A stretch of DNA of 64,000 nucleotides, from NCBI GenBank assembly GCA_002269645.1, contig NIVC01001402.1, forward strand, positions 62,001 through 126,000, given 5' to 3'. A model generated the notes under the pieces. That model was not told where the DNA came from, did not search any database, and saw nothing but the letters and a program-made list of their open reading frames with translations. The position numbers and the translations under genes are program-made. Positions 27,150 through 43,404 of the stretch are shown piece after piece (position 1 is the first letter of the stretch; every line of letters begins with the position of its first letter). Origin of the DNA: Macrostomum lignano (lineage: Eukaryota).

Positions 27150-29821
27150 AAAGCAAAGGTGCCAATGGTACAGCAGCTGGGCTTCAACGGTAGCTTTTTC
27201 ATAAGGAAGAATGTGCTTTCAATAAGCTGTGCTGCTTGGTACTAATACGAGACTACTTTAGCAGAGGGCGGAGAAGCAGGGTAGAGCAGATAGCAGAGGG
27301 CAGAGCAGGAAGCAAAGCCGTGCGGACAGAGCAGAGGGCAGAAAACCAGGAGGCAGACCAGGGGGGGAAGAGCAAGGAGGCAGAGCCACTGGTCAGGAGT
27401 GAGGGAAGCCATGGGTCAGTAGAGAAAGCCATTGGTCAGGAGAGAGGGAAACAAGGGTCAGGAGTGAGGGAATCCAGGGTTCAGGAGAGAGGGAGCCATG
27501 GGACAGGAGGGAGGGAAGCCACGAGTCAGAAGGGAGGGAATCTACAGGTCAGGAGGGAGGGAAACTGTGGGTCAGGAGGGAGGGAAGCCAGGGGTCAGGA
27601 GGGAGGGAAGCCAGGGTCATGGGGAAGAGAAGCGAGGGTCAAGGGGAGAGAAGCCAGGGTCAGGGGGAGAGAAGCTAGGGTCAGGGGGAGAGAAGCCAGG
27701 GTCAAGGGAGGGAAGCCAGGGTCAGGGGAAGGAAGCCAGGGTCAGGGGAAGAGAAGCCAGGGTCAAGGGAGGGAAGCCAGGGTCAGGGGAGGGAAGCCAG
27801 GGTCGGGAAAAGAAGCCAGGGTCAGGGGAAGGAAGCCAGGGTCAGAGCAGGGAAGCCAGGGTCAGGGGGAGAGAAGCCAGGGGTCAGTAAGGAGAAAAGC
27901 CAGGCCAGGCAGAGAGAAGCCAGGGTCAGGGGAGAGAAGCCAGGGCCAAGTGGAGAGAAGCCAGGGTCAAGGGAGGGAAGCCAGGGTCAGGGGGAGAGGA
28001 GCTAGGGTCAAGGGAGGGAAGCCAGGGTCAGAGGAGGGAAGCCAGGGTCAGGGGAGGGAAGCCAGGGTCAGTGGAGGAGAGAAGCCAGGGTCAGAGGAGG
28101 GAAGCCAGGGTCAGGGAAGAGAAGCCAGGGGTCAGTAAGGAGAAAAGCCAGGCGAGGCAGAAAGAAGCCAGGGTCAGGGGAGGAGAGAAGCCAGGGTCAA
28201 GGGAGGGAAGCCAGGATCAGGGAAGGGAAGCCAGGTTCAGGGGGACAGAAGCCAGGGCCAAGTGGAGAGAAGCCAGGGTCGGGGAGAGAAGCCAGGGTCA
28301 GGGGGAGAGAAGCCAGGGGTCAGTAAGGAGAAAAGCCAGGCCAGGCAGAGAGAAGCCAGGGTCAGGGGGAGAAGCCAGGGCCAAGTGGAGAGAAGCCAGG
28401 GTCAGGGGAGGAGAGAAGCCAGGGTCAAGGGAGGGAAGTCAAGGTCAGGGGGAGAGAAGCCAGGGTCAGGGGAGGGAAGCCAAGGTCAGGGAGAGAGAAG
28501 CCAGGGGTCAGTAAGGAGAGAAGCCAGGGTCAGGGGAGGAGAGAAGCCAGGGTCAGGGGAGGAGAGAAGCCAGGGTCAAGGGAGGAAAGCCAAGGTCAGG
28601 GGGAGAGAAACCAGGGTCAGGGAAGGGAAGCCAGGGTCAGGGAGAGAGAAGCCAGGGCCAGGCACAGAAAAGCCAGGGTCACGGAAGGAGAGAAGCCAGG
28701 GTCACGGGAGGAGAGAAGCCAGGGTCAGGGGATGAGAGAAGCCAGGATCAGGGAAGGGAAGCCAGGGTCAGGGGGACAGAAGCCAGGGCCAAGTGGAGAG
28801 AAGCCAGGGTCAAGGGGAGAGAAGCCAGGGTTAGGGGAAGGAAGCCAAGGTCAGGGGAGGAGAGAAGCCAAGGTCAGGGGAGGAGAGAAACCAGGGTCAG
28901 TAAGGAGAGAAGCCAGGGTCAGGGGGAGGGAAGCCAAGGTCAAGGAAGGGAAGCCAGGGTTAGAAGGAGGAAATCCAAGGTTAGGGGAGAGGGGAACTAA
29001 GGAAAGGAAAATAAGTCAAACATCAGGTATTTGATATAAAATATTGTAGGCTTAGTTTTATAGTTTGCTATTTAGTCTAGGCCTATTGGTATACATAAAG
29101 TAGATAGATAGAAAAAACAAAAATTTTAAGGCTCTTATCTAGTAAGTTAGCTAAATCTATTCATTAAGACCAAGTCAGTCAATAAGCTAGGCCCAGGCTT
29201 AGTGCTCAATAGGCTTTCCTACATACATAGGGCTATAGCTAAATAAATAGAATTTAATTGAATTGAAGCCTTTTTATAATTGAATAAAAGCAGCTTATAA
29301 GTTACTTCTCAAAATATTAGACCTACATTTATATTTCAAATGCCTGTATTATTAATTAACTAACACGTGACAAGCTTAAACTATAGAACAAAATTACTTA
29401 AGCAATAACATAATAATGCACAAGAAATTTCAGAAAAGCTCCTTTCATTTATCTTGTACACGAAGCCTTCACTTGTTTAGTCTAGTGCATAGGCCAGCAC
29501 AGCAATGCACAGTAGCACAACAAATATGCCTTAAAAGCTTTTGTTGAACGTTGAACACAGGAACCCTAGCTCATTCCTGTAAATTTTGTTTTCAAATTAC
29601 ATGCAAGCGAATTAATATTAACAAACGTCGATTTTTATACTGCAAATTGTTATTAAACACCCGTTAAAAGCTTTCAATTGATACACTCCCATTTGATTGT
29701 ATGGGAGCGCGCTTTGGGCCCGTCTAGCCGGGAGAAGCGAGAGCTCGAAAGCGCGCTTTCCTGCCGGTTAGCCCGATGATTTTGTAAGCTTTTGGCCCGG
29801 CTAGCCGGTTGTCGTCGGGTG
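27150..29821 (-). repeat. Right TIR arm, with (gaagccagggtcagggg...) sub-repeat array at ~27540-28960
   Basis: Reverse complement of 17810-20263, with a different sub-repeat copy number. Confidence 0.92.
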
Positions 29822-30392
29822 TACACAGGTACTTAGCAAAAAGAGAGAAATGAAATAGTACAGGGACCATGTACTGTAGTACAGCCTGATGTGCGAGACA
29901 ATGATTAAGCAGCAAAAATAAAAAGTAAAACAATTGAACCAAAATTTTCTCCACCAATATAGAACTCTAAAACGATCTGATAAAAAATCAGGATACATGC
30001 TTAGAACCAGGTAAACAAAAATTCTAGGCCTACGTGAAAATTAGATTACTATTTTGGCGTCATTAGACCATTTAACTCGACAACGTCGCGCATTATCTGG
30101 GCCGTCACAGCACCGACCCGATAAATAGAAAGTAGCAATTGTATCTCTATTTTAGGTAATACTAGCATTCCCTAGCAATGTTACAAAGCTTTAACTAAGA
30201 CAGGAAATTTTTGGATTGTCGAAAACCTCAATCGATTGATTTTTGATCACTAAGTTCGATACTAATTCATTTTTTATTTGGTCATACACTGTACTGTACA
30301 CCATTGTGAATACAGGCTGTAGTCAGCTTAATTTTGCTCAATAAGCAGGGTTCATCGTTAAAGTTTTATTAATAAGAAGAAGTTATTTCAAC

Positions 30393-33300
30393 ATGGACAC
30401 AAAAAGGAGACTAACATATTTAATGATTGCACTTTACTTTTTCCTTTCTGGAGTGGAATATGGTATGTACAAGTACTATGGGCTATCCTAAAAATTACTT
30501 TAAAAAAACTAAAAATTTTAAAACTAAAATTCAGGGCTGATGTCCTCATTATCCTACTTAATGCATTTTTTGTTTACTGTTAGGTATTTACATGTTTTTT
30601 TAGATTACAAACACTGTTTATACACTATGATTGGCTATTGTTTAGAAAATTAAACATAGGCCTAATCATTAATTTGTACTATTAAATTAATTAGGCCTAC
30701 TTATATTAAAATTATATAAGCCTTAATATAGTTAAACCAAATATTAAACAATATGTTATTTAGCAATCAAAATATTTTGTAAGTATTTTTACAACCTTTC
30801 ACTTTGCTTTGTTTACTATACTCCATAGCATTGCCTTAGTGTAGTCTTAGAGAATACCTTGATATAGATATACCAATGCCATTTGACTGATTTAAATTAG
30901 CTAGGGGCCACAGGCATAGGCCAACATTGATTTTATTTGCAACTTTTATATTAATTTTGAAATCAAGAATCCAAGATGCCATTTGGTTAACATGCAGGAT
31001 TAGGAAAATTCCACTATATTCAAAATAGGATATGGGTGTATTATTTTTTTATTTCAAACAATAAGGCCTATGGTATAGCCAATGAGGCTATAGTTTTTAT
31101 AGGAAGAGAAGTAATATATTATTGTAAAATGCTTGGTTTTACTTGTAATATCAAATTTTATATTTTTATAGTGCATTTTACACAAAATATTTCTTAAGCC
31201 AAAAGCCACTAGTGATAACCTCGTAAAAAAATTGTCTGAATTATTAAAAAAAGCTCCACCATTTTTGAAATGCACTAAATCTAATACAAGTAACTAGTTT
31301 AGTCTGAACTATATGCATCAGAAAAAAAAATCTAAATAAAATTACTTGGAATATCTACTCTACCCAACTAGTAGTGCATAGGCCTACATTGTGCTTTGCA
31401 TTGGCCAAGAATTCCAAGCACAATGTAGGCCTATGCACTACATCGCATCGCACTCTCCTTGTCTTGTGTACATTCCACATAATTTCTTACACATTACACT
31501 CGCTTTAACCCTCGTGCACAGCCGTGATCCTGCCCACCATGTGGCTGTACATCCACGAGAACTTTGGAGCCACCTCTGCGTTCTTGGGCCTCATGCTGTC
31601 AGCCTTCAGCATCTCCGACCTTTTCTGCTCGCCAATCTATGGCAGGTGAGACTGGGTTGCTGTCTCGAGGTAGCGGTGAATGTAGAGGTCCTCTGGTGCA
31701 ATGCACACAGAACAGACAGCGACTACCTCAAAATTGAGCAGACAGTAGGCACTGAACAGCGGTTTACTGGATGAGTAGACAGTGGTTTACTGGATGAGTA
31801 GACAGTGGTTTACTGGATGAGTAGACAGTGGTTTACTGGATGAGTAGACAGCGGTTTACTGGATGAGTAGACAGGGGTTTACTGGATGAGTAGACAGGGG
31901 TTTACTGGATGAGTAGACAGGGGTTTACTGGATGAGTAGACAGGGGTTTACTGGATGAGTAGACAGCGGTTTACTGGATGAGTAGACAGCGGTTCACTGG
32001 ATGAGTAGACAGGGGTTTACTGGATGAGTAGACAGTGGTTTACTGGATGAGTAGACAGCGGTTTACTGGATGAGTAGACAGCGGTTTAATGGATGAGTAG
32101 ACAGCGGTTTACTGGATGAGTAGACAGCGGTTTACTGGATGAGTAGACAGCGGTTTACCGGATGAGTAGACAGCGGTTTATTGGATGAGTAGACAGCGCT
32201 TTACTGGATGAGTAGACAGTGGTTTACTTGAAGAGTAGACAACAGTTTACTGAGGAATAGACAGCGGTTTACTAAAGTAGACAGCGGTTCCCTGAAGGAG
32301 TAGACAGCGGTTTACTTGAAGAGTAGACAACAGTTTAGTTTACTGAGGAGTAGACAGCGGTTTACTAAAGTAGACAGCGGTTCCCTGAAGGAGTAGACAG
32401 CGGTTTACTTGAAGAGTAGACAACAGTTTACTGAGGAGTAGACAGCGGTTTACTAAAGTAGACAGCGGTTCCCTGAAGGAGTAGACAGCGGTTTACTTGA
32501 AGAGTAGACAACAGTTTACTGAGGAGTAGACAGCGGTTTACTAAACCTGTGCTAAGACATTTGTTTGCAAATGTCGCTTGGTTTTCCGCAGAATATCTGA
32601 CAAGTACAGGTGCACCAAATACCTGGTGATCTTCTCCAACCTGTGGGAGATCGGCGGCAACATCATGTACTTTATGGGCATCTCGCTGCCCTTCCTGCTG
32701 TGCAGCCGCTTTGTGACTGGTGCGTTCGCTGTGGACAGCTTTGCTTTGATGGTGGCAGAATAGTGTGATTGATGGCTTAGACAGTGTGATTGATGGCTTC
32801 AACAGTTTGATTGATGGCTTAGACAGTGTGATTGATGGCTTAGACAGTTTGATTGATGGCTTCGACAGTGTGATTGATGGCTTAATCCCAGACAGCTTGA
32901 TCCTATACAGTTTGATCCCAGACAGCTTGATCCCAGACAGCTTGATCCCTGACAGCTTACAGTTAGATTTTACCAAAACAGACAGCTCAGGTGGTTTTTC
33001 GCCCCTATCTCAAATCCCACCCCACCGCAGGCGTCGGTGCCGGGGCTGGCGCGGCCATCGTGTCGGACATCGCCCGCGCCACAAACGTCAGGGAGCGGAC
33101 AGGGGTGATCGCGATTCTAATGGCGTGCCGGCAAGTCGGCCTGGTCATTGGTGAGGCTGGGCAAGTCGATTTTTTGTTAATCCTGATTAACCCGAAATCC
33201 CGGCTGCGACCCCCGCAGGCCCCGGCTGCAACCTGTTCCTCCGCCTGGTGAACACCAGCATCGGGCCCTACCCACTCACTGCCTACTCGGTGCCGGGCCT

Positions 33301-36300
33301 CTTCATGGCCAGCCTGTGGCTGCTGCACACCCTGCTCAGCCTCTGCCTGTACACCGACTTCCACCGGATGGCGCCGCCCGATGACGGCGATGGTGACGAC
33401 GAGCGGCGGCGACTTGTGGCTGACGGCGACGGGGTTGGCTATGAGGCTGTGGCTGCGGCGGCGCCCGAGCCAGAGCCGCCCGCGCTGGTCACCGACCGGC
33501 GCTACTATGTTAATGGTGGGTGACTGTTGCAGCTTATATCAGGCCATAGACGTGCAGCTGTTATCAGGCCATAGACGTGCAGCTTATATCAGGCCCTAGA
33601 CGTGCAGCTTATATCAGGCCCTAGACAGCTTATATCAGGCCCTAGACGTGCAGATTATATCAGGCCCTAGACGTGCAGCAGCTTATATCAGGCCATAGAC
33701 AGCTTATATCAGGCCATAGACATGCAGCTTATATCAGGCCATAGACAGCTTATATCAGGCCATAGACAGCTTATATCAGGCCATAGACAGCTTATATCAG
33801 GCCATAGACAGCTTATATCAGGCCATAGACGTACAGCTTATATCAGGCCATAGACAGCTTTTATCAGGTCATAGACGTACAGCTTATATCAGGCGATAGA
33901 CAGCTTATATCAGGCCATAGACGTGCAGCTTATATCAGGCCATAGACGTACAGCTTATATCAGGCCATAGACAGCTTTTATCAGGTCATAGACGTACAGC
34001 TTATATCAGGCCATAGACAGCTTATATGAGGCCATAGACGTGCAGCTTATATCAGGCCATAGACAGCTTATATCAGGCCATAGACGTGCAGCTTATATCA
34101 GGCCATAGACGTACAGCTTATATCAGGCCATAGACAGCTTATATCAGGCCATAGACGTGCAGCTTATATCAGGCCATAGACGTGCAGCTTATATCAGGCC
34201 ATAGACGTGCAGCTTATATCAGGCCATAGACGTGCAGCTTATATCAGGCCATAGACGTGCAGCTTATATCAGGCCATAGACAGCTTATATCAGGCCATAG
34301 ACGTACAGCTTATATCAGGCCATAGACGTACAGCTTATATCAGGCCATAGACAGCTTATATCAGGCCATAGACGTACAGCTTATATCAGGCCATAGACAG
34401 CTTATATCAGGCCATAGACGTACAGCTTATATCAGGCCATAGACAGCTTATATCAGGCCATAGACAGCTTATATCAGGTCATAGACATGCAGCTTATATC
34501 AGGCCATAGGCAGCTTATATCAGGCCATAGACGTGCAGCTTATATCAGGCCATAGACAGCTTATATCAGACCATAGATATGCAGCTTATATCAAGCGATA
34601 AACATGCAGCTTATATCAAGCGATAAACATGCAGCTTATATCAAGCGATAGACATGCAGCTTATATCAGGCCATAGACAGCACACATCAGCACATCGGAC
34701 GATAGACAGCAGCAGACAAGAAGAATCTAACTTAAAAGCACTAACGTTTAAAAGCAAATTGTGTTCCCCTTTTGCAGAGTACCTTCGTCACGAGTTGGTT
34801 GCCATCTTGGCCACTATCTTTGCCACCTTCTTCAACCAGACTGCTCTTGAGGTAAGTCCAGTTGTGTGCTGTGTTAAATGAAGTTTCTCATATCTGATAG
34901 TCAGATCTCTGCGCCCCGTAGGCCATGCTGACACCCCTGACCAAGGACTACCTGGGCTGGGGAGAATTGGGCAACAGCCTGCTGTACCTCGGCGCCGGCG
35001 TGGAAGTCATCCTAGTCTTCATGGTGGTCCGCTGCGCCAGCAGCCGCTTCTACGACAGCAGCCTGATCCTGCTAGGCTCGGCGGTGTCCGCTGCCGCCAT
35101 CGCCGGCATGCTGGTCTACTTCCCGCTGGCAGTGCCGGGTTTGTATTGTTTTCCATGATTATATTTTTCATGTTGCATCTTTTTCTTCTACTTATAGTAG
35201 AAATGCAAACATTTTGTCTTTATCTATGTAAATTGCATTCAAATTGCACTGTAAATACTGGGTGTGAGTCAGCCATATTCAGTTTCTTGCCAAAATATTA
35301 AGTCAAGGACAGCTACGAGCTAATTACCGCTAAGTCACCACCTGAATATTTGCTTTTATTTATTACCGTTCCAGGCAACGAGCTCAACCTGCCTATGCTA
35401 ATTGGCAGCGTCTTCTTGGACGTGATTGCTTTGCCCTTCCTTGTCACCTGCTCCGTGTCGCTTTATTCGAAAATCACCTCACCAGCAACTCAGGGTAATT
35501 TGCCTGCAGGCAGTCAAAATAATCATGGCCTCTAAGTCTTGAACCAACTCATGCATTTCAGGCTTCTCGCAGGGCCTCCGGCGCTCTGTTATCGGACTGT
35601 CCACCATCATGGGACCTCTGTGGGCCGGGTCCATGCTGACCAGACTGAGCATCATGCTGGCCGTGCTGCTGTCCCTCATTCTGCTCATGATGGTGAGTGC
35701 CTGAGCTGCTGTCCCTCATTCTTCTCATGATGGTGAGTGTCTCAGCTGCTGTCCCTCATTCTGCTCATGATGGTGAGTGCCTGAGCTGCTGTCCCTCATT
35801 CTGCTCATGATGGTGAGTGTCTCAGCTGCTGTCCCTCATTCTGCTCATGATGGTGAGTGCCTGAGCTGCTGCTGTCCCTCATTCTGCTCATGATGATGAG
35901 TGCCTGAGCTGCTGTCCCTCATTCTGCTCATGATGGTGAGTGCCAGAGCTGCTGTCCCTCATTCTGCTCATGATGGTGAGTGTCAGAGCTGCTGTCCCTC
36001 ATTCTGCTCATGATGGTGAGTGCCTGAGCTGCTGCTGTCCCTCATTCTGCTCATGATGGTGAGTGCCTGAGCTGCTGCTGTCCCTCATTCTGCTCATGAT
36101 GGTGAATGCCTGAGCTGCTGCTGTCCCTCATTCTGCTCATGATGGCGAGTGCCTGAGCTGCTGTCCCTCATTCTGCTCATGATGGTGAGTGCCAGAGCTG
36201 CTGTCCCTCATTCTGCTCATGATGGTGAGTGCCAGAGCTGCTGTCCCTCATTCTGCTCATGATGGCGAGTGCCTGAGCTGCTGTCCCTCATTCTGCTCAT

Positions 36301-36841
36301 GATGGTGAGTGCCTGAGCTGCTGCTGTCCCTCATTCTGCTCATGATGGTGAGTGTCTCAGCTGCTGTCCCTCATTCTGCTCATGATGGTGAGTGCCAGAG
36401 CTGCTGTCCCTCATTCTGCTCATGATGGCGAGTGCCTGAGCTGCTGCTGTCCCTCATTCTGCTCATGATGGTGAGTGCCAGAGCTGCTGTCCCTCATTCT
36501 GCTCATGATGGCGAGTGCCTGAGCTGCTGTCCCTCATTCTGCTCATGATGGTGAGTGCCTGAGCTGCTGTCCCTCATTCTGCTCATGATGGTGAGTGCCA
36601 GAGCTGCTGTCCCTCATTCTGCTCATGATGGTGAGTGCCTGAGCTGCTGCTGTCCCTCATTCTGCTCATGATGGTGAGTGCCTGAGCTGCTCATGGAACT
36701 CACGCCATCTGCCACCCGCAGGCCCTGTTCTGTTTGTCGATGCCCAGGCTGAGATGCTACGAGAAAGCGGCAGACTCGGAGAGGCGGCTGAGCAAAACTG
36801 ATGAGGCAGCGGAGTCTGGGCCAGAAACGGTTAATGCATAG
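30393..36841 (+). CDS. MFS transporter, MFSD8/CLN7-like, ~466 aa; exons 30393-30462, 31522-31645, 32592-32719, 33031-33150, 33219-33515, 34778-34851, 34922-35138, 35375-35494, 35562-35692, 36722-36841
   Basis: Ten GT-AG exons join in frame into a multi-TM protein with an MFS motif-A-like PIYGRISDKYRC, VILPTMWLYI and SKITSPATQGFSQG segments; the subfamily is assigned from recall. Confidence 0.85.
31371..31441. repeat. Perfect 26-bp inverted repeat with a 19-nt loop, in MFS intron 1
   Basis: GTAGTGCATAGGCCTACATTGTGCTT ... AAGCACAATGTAGGCCTATGCACTAC. Confidence 0.9.
31757..32545. repeat. 23-bp minisatellite (gagtagacagcggtttactggat)n in MFS intron 2
   Basis: Period 23 (31773, 31796...); variant units in the 3' half. 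Confidence 0.95.
32765..32960. repeat. 21-bp and 15-bp minisatellites in MFS intron 3
   Basis: tgattgatggcttagacagtg and ttgatcccagacagc units. Confidence 0.85.
33525..34680. repeat. 21/25-bp minisatellite (cagcttatatcaggccataga[cgtg])n in MFS intron 5
   Basis: Direct inspection; begins ~10 nt after the donor at 33516. Confidence 0.95.
35666..36690 (+). repeat. 40/43-bp array made of the exon-9 3' end plus the 5' splice site, ~25 copies
   Basis: Unit gctgtccctcattctgctcatgATG|GTGAGTgcctgagct; the first copy is the real exon/intron junction at 35692/35693. Confidence 0.93.
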
Positions 36842-37641
36842 CGGGATTTCGCACAAGGATTTAACGATCAGACACGAGTTTTGCAATCGAACTCTGATTG
36901 TCAGACAGTCCACAGATCACAGAGCTGCATTTCACATTAGCACTCAGCCAGTCACCATGCAGTGCTTGCAGCGCTCCCAGTTCTTGATTTTGAATTAGAA
37001 ATATTTTTGATTTTTTTATTTTCGATAAGCCTAACATTTATATTTCTATTTTTCTATTGATAAATGAATAAACAAGCTTGAAAAAGCCTCGATTTACTGT
37101 TGAATAGCGTTAAATTATATTTTAATAATTATTAAAGCAGAAATCGAACAGATTAGACCTTTAATTTATGATACAAAAGGTAAATAGCGAGCGAACTGGG
37201 GATCTCAGACTCTCGAGCTTAAAACTAAATAAAAGCTGTACACACAAATTACCCCTAAAACTTGCCATCACCCAGGGAAATAACCGGCACAAAAATTCCA
37301 AAGCTTTGATTGAGTAAAATGGGCTTAGTAGCCAGCTAAACTACGTTTAACACAGAGAAAAGTCTAATTTTTCAATCCAAGAACAGTAAAAGGTGCTTTT
37401 TTACAGGTAACTGTCTAGTTAATTAAATGGAGACCAACAAGCTATGCAAGGAATTAGCAGGGTCGGCTCGCGGTCGGCACAGATGCGCCTCTGTCTGTAT
37501 AAATCGGTAAATCGATGAGAAAAATTTAGTGGAAACTGTAAATAGGGAGATGCGGTAAAAATCAATTAACAGCGAGTTCGCTTGGGTGAATTTATAAATC
37601 CCGAGCTCCAAGTCAACTCGAAGGACATCGCAGCAGCTCAA

Positions 37642-40679
<3,038 letters not shown>

Positions 40680-43404
40680 TTAATTTATACTAATAACATT
40701 TATGAATCAGCTGACTTTTTGTTAGTTAAAACAAAAAATCGTCTTGTATTCAGTCTAAATGTAAAGTTTTGCTTATCCCATTTATAAGTAAAAAATATAA
40801 GTTGTTTTCCTTTAGGGCTAAAAATCTAAAGTAAAATATTTGTGATTAGTTCCACGATGATTTGGTGCCAGTCAGTTATGTGTGACGGGGTTGACTTAGT
40901 CGTGAAATGTCATTTTTTACTCTCAGTATAACTTCTGTGTATATATAAGGTAAGGCTTCTCTTTGTATAACTTCTGTGTACAATCTTGCATCGGCTTTTA
41001 TATATCGGCAAAGTGATATATAGATGTCTAAGAAATCGATAATTTTGCCTAGCGCCCATATCGTAACTTCAGCCAATCATAATTCGCTGTACCATCTATT
41101 GTTTTGATCTAATATTAAAAACTCGTTTTTTTCGTCGCTACTCAAAAATAATAAAACTTGGCCAACTCAGCAAGCTAAATATCGCTTCATGGACTAACTT
41201 GCATATTCTGTTCTTTTCGGTCTTGTTGATCTGCCAAGGACTGCTACTACGCTTTGCTAAATTAATTCGTCACATATGTTAGCATATTGAATAATATTTT
41301 CTATTTTAGGAGAAATCTTGACTCCAGTCCTTAGCTCGTGAGCTCGTGAGCCCTAAGGATTCAAGCAAAGTACATGTACCTTGGAGCTGGCACTGTAATG
41401 AGCAGGACATTACCAACAGGAGCAGGACATTTTAATAGCTGTACAGGTACAAATCATTTACGAACTGATAACAAGACCAGCGAGCCACTCATTTTGGTAA
41501 AAATTTATATTTTAGTACAGAATACGCATTAAGAATGAGGTCACAACCGTGCATGATCCCGAACTGACAGAGCGCCTCAGAGACTGCGCTTCTGGGCGGC
41601 AGCGTCCATGAGCTGACAGCCGAGGATTGCTGTACGGTAGCAATCAGCAACATGTAATGCAGCTAGCTACCTTCAGCCTTAGCTACTTCACACTTGAATA
41701 GAAGTTAAATCATCAGACAAACGTGCGCTGTGCAATGACTTAGATATATATTGTTTCGCCCTAATTGAGGCTCATCAGAGCTGCAACCGCCAATTCAAGA
41801 AGCCATGGCCATATGTTTTTTTAACCTTATTATTTAATCGAGGTACTAGAGTATCAAAGTACATGTATTGGTTTTTTGGTAGTGATGTAACAGCGGTTTC
41901 GGCCATCACTCGATCGCGTTTTCAATGTTAAGAGTTACCCAAAGTACGCGCAAAATTTAGCCCCATAACTCTCGGATCCAAACCCCCCTTCCCCACTGCA
42001 ATGACTCATCACGATGACCCACCTTTTATACGACTCCTTTAACGTCCACGACAACCTTCCTTCTATATATTGTTTCAAATTATTCCAAATCAATGGACAT
42101 CCGTTTTTTATCTCTATCTTCGTATTCCCATTTTGTCATGTGACTTGTTGCACAATCCTTCCGGCCACCCACCCTATTATGCAAGCCAATCACAACGCAG
42201 CGAGGAAGGTGTCATCACTTATACAAGTAGCAACATCGAAAAGTCACCTTCACAGAAGATTCCATCTGTGGTCGCCACTTTTGAGAGTGCAGGTGAAGTT
42301 TCTCAATCTTTGTGAGTGACGCAACTCAGCGACGCCACGCGGCAGACTTCTTGAGTTGAGGAATAAAGTGGGGGAGCGGTGTGCGAGGGTTGGATGGATT
42401 AAAGCTACTCCAATCAGTTTTCTTGTATCTTTTATTTCAGAATAGTCCAAGAAAAATTGCTCACTGGCACATAGAGTGGCGACTTTTCAATGTTGCTGAG
42501 TATAGTTGCTCGGCGACGCCGGTCAAAGCTGCATTGTTCACGTATCAGTATCACGCGCGTGATACCCGATGCTCACTCGATTTAAGCAAGCCTTTTTGTC
42601 TTTTTCCTTAACAACCATGGGTTCGTGCTGGACGTACCTCCCGGCCAGAGCCTCAACCGACCTCTTTCCCTTAGGAACCGATTGACGATTTAGGAACCTT
42701 CATCATTTTGTCCTACTTAAAGATAGATCACCGCAATCTCCCCAAGTGAACTTATGACTCTCCTCTCACATTGCTGATTGAAAGCAAATCCCAGCCCAAA
42801 TTCCCATCAGTGAAACTCCCCAAATCAACTTCGAAGGGGCAACGTCATTCGACACTTTTTGGAGACAGCCTTGACCGTCCGGATCGCCGCCAGCAGCCAG
42901 TGACTCGCCTGGCCAGCCGCGTTTAAGCTATGCGTTTGCTCTCGTGTTTCTGCAGGTTATTTACTTGAAATTCAGCTCATTTCCTGATCGAGCATTTTCA
43001 TTAATTTGCATGTATTTATTCAGTAAAGCTCATTTGCTCATCCGAAACCAGTTTTTTTTTAACTCAACTTTAAGTTAGCTTAATCTAATCGAAGCATGAA
43101 TCCTTTTGACCATTTTTAGTTTGTATCTATTTTGAGTTATGAGTTTGAGTTATGCTCTGCTGCTGAGGGTTCGAAAATGCAATAACCAATGCGTTTTTAT
43201 TACGTAGTATAGTAGTAGAATTACGTAGTATTATATAGAGGTCCTTGGCCCGGCCATGGCTACGAGTAGACTAGGAGCTGCGCTCCTAAACCATGCCCAT
43301 AAGCAGCCTGGCAGTCCCGTTTAATTAGCAGGAGTCCCCCGGGTGCACTTTTGTGCAGGTGACTGGTGGCGCCACTCCCGGCTTTTACACCATAAGCTAT
43401 GCAT

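Larger units (their letters stand above)
17810..29821. mobile_element. 12-kb foldback-type DNA element with ~2.5-2.7-kb terminal inverted repeats
   Basis: Ends CACCCGACGACAACCGGCTAGCC / GGCTAGCCGGTTGTCGTCGGGTG; direct repeat TACACAG on both flanks (17803-17809, 29822-29828); arms 17810-~20263 and ~27150-29821 are reverse complements. Confidence 0.88.
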
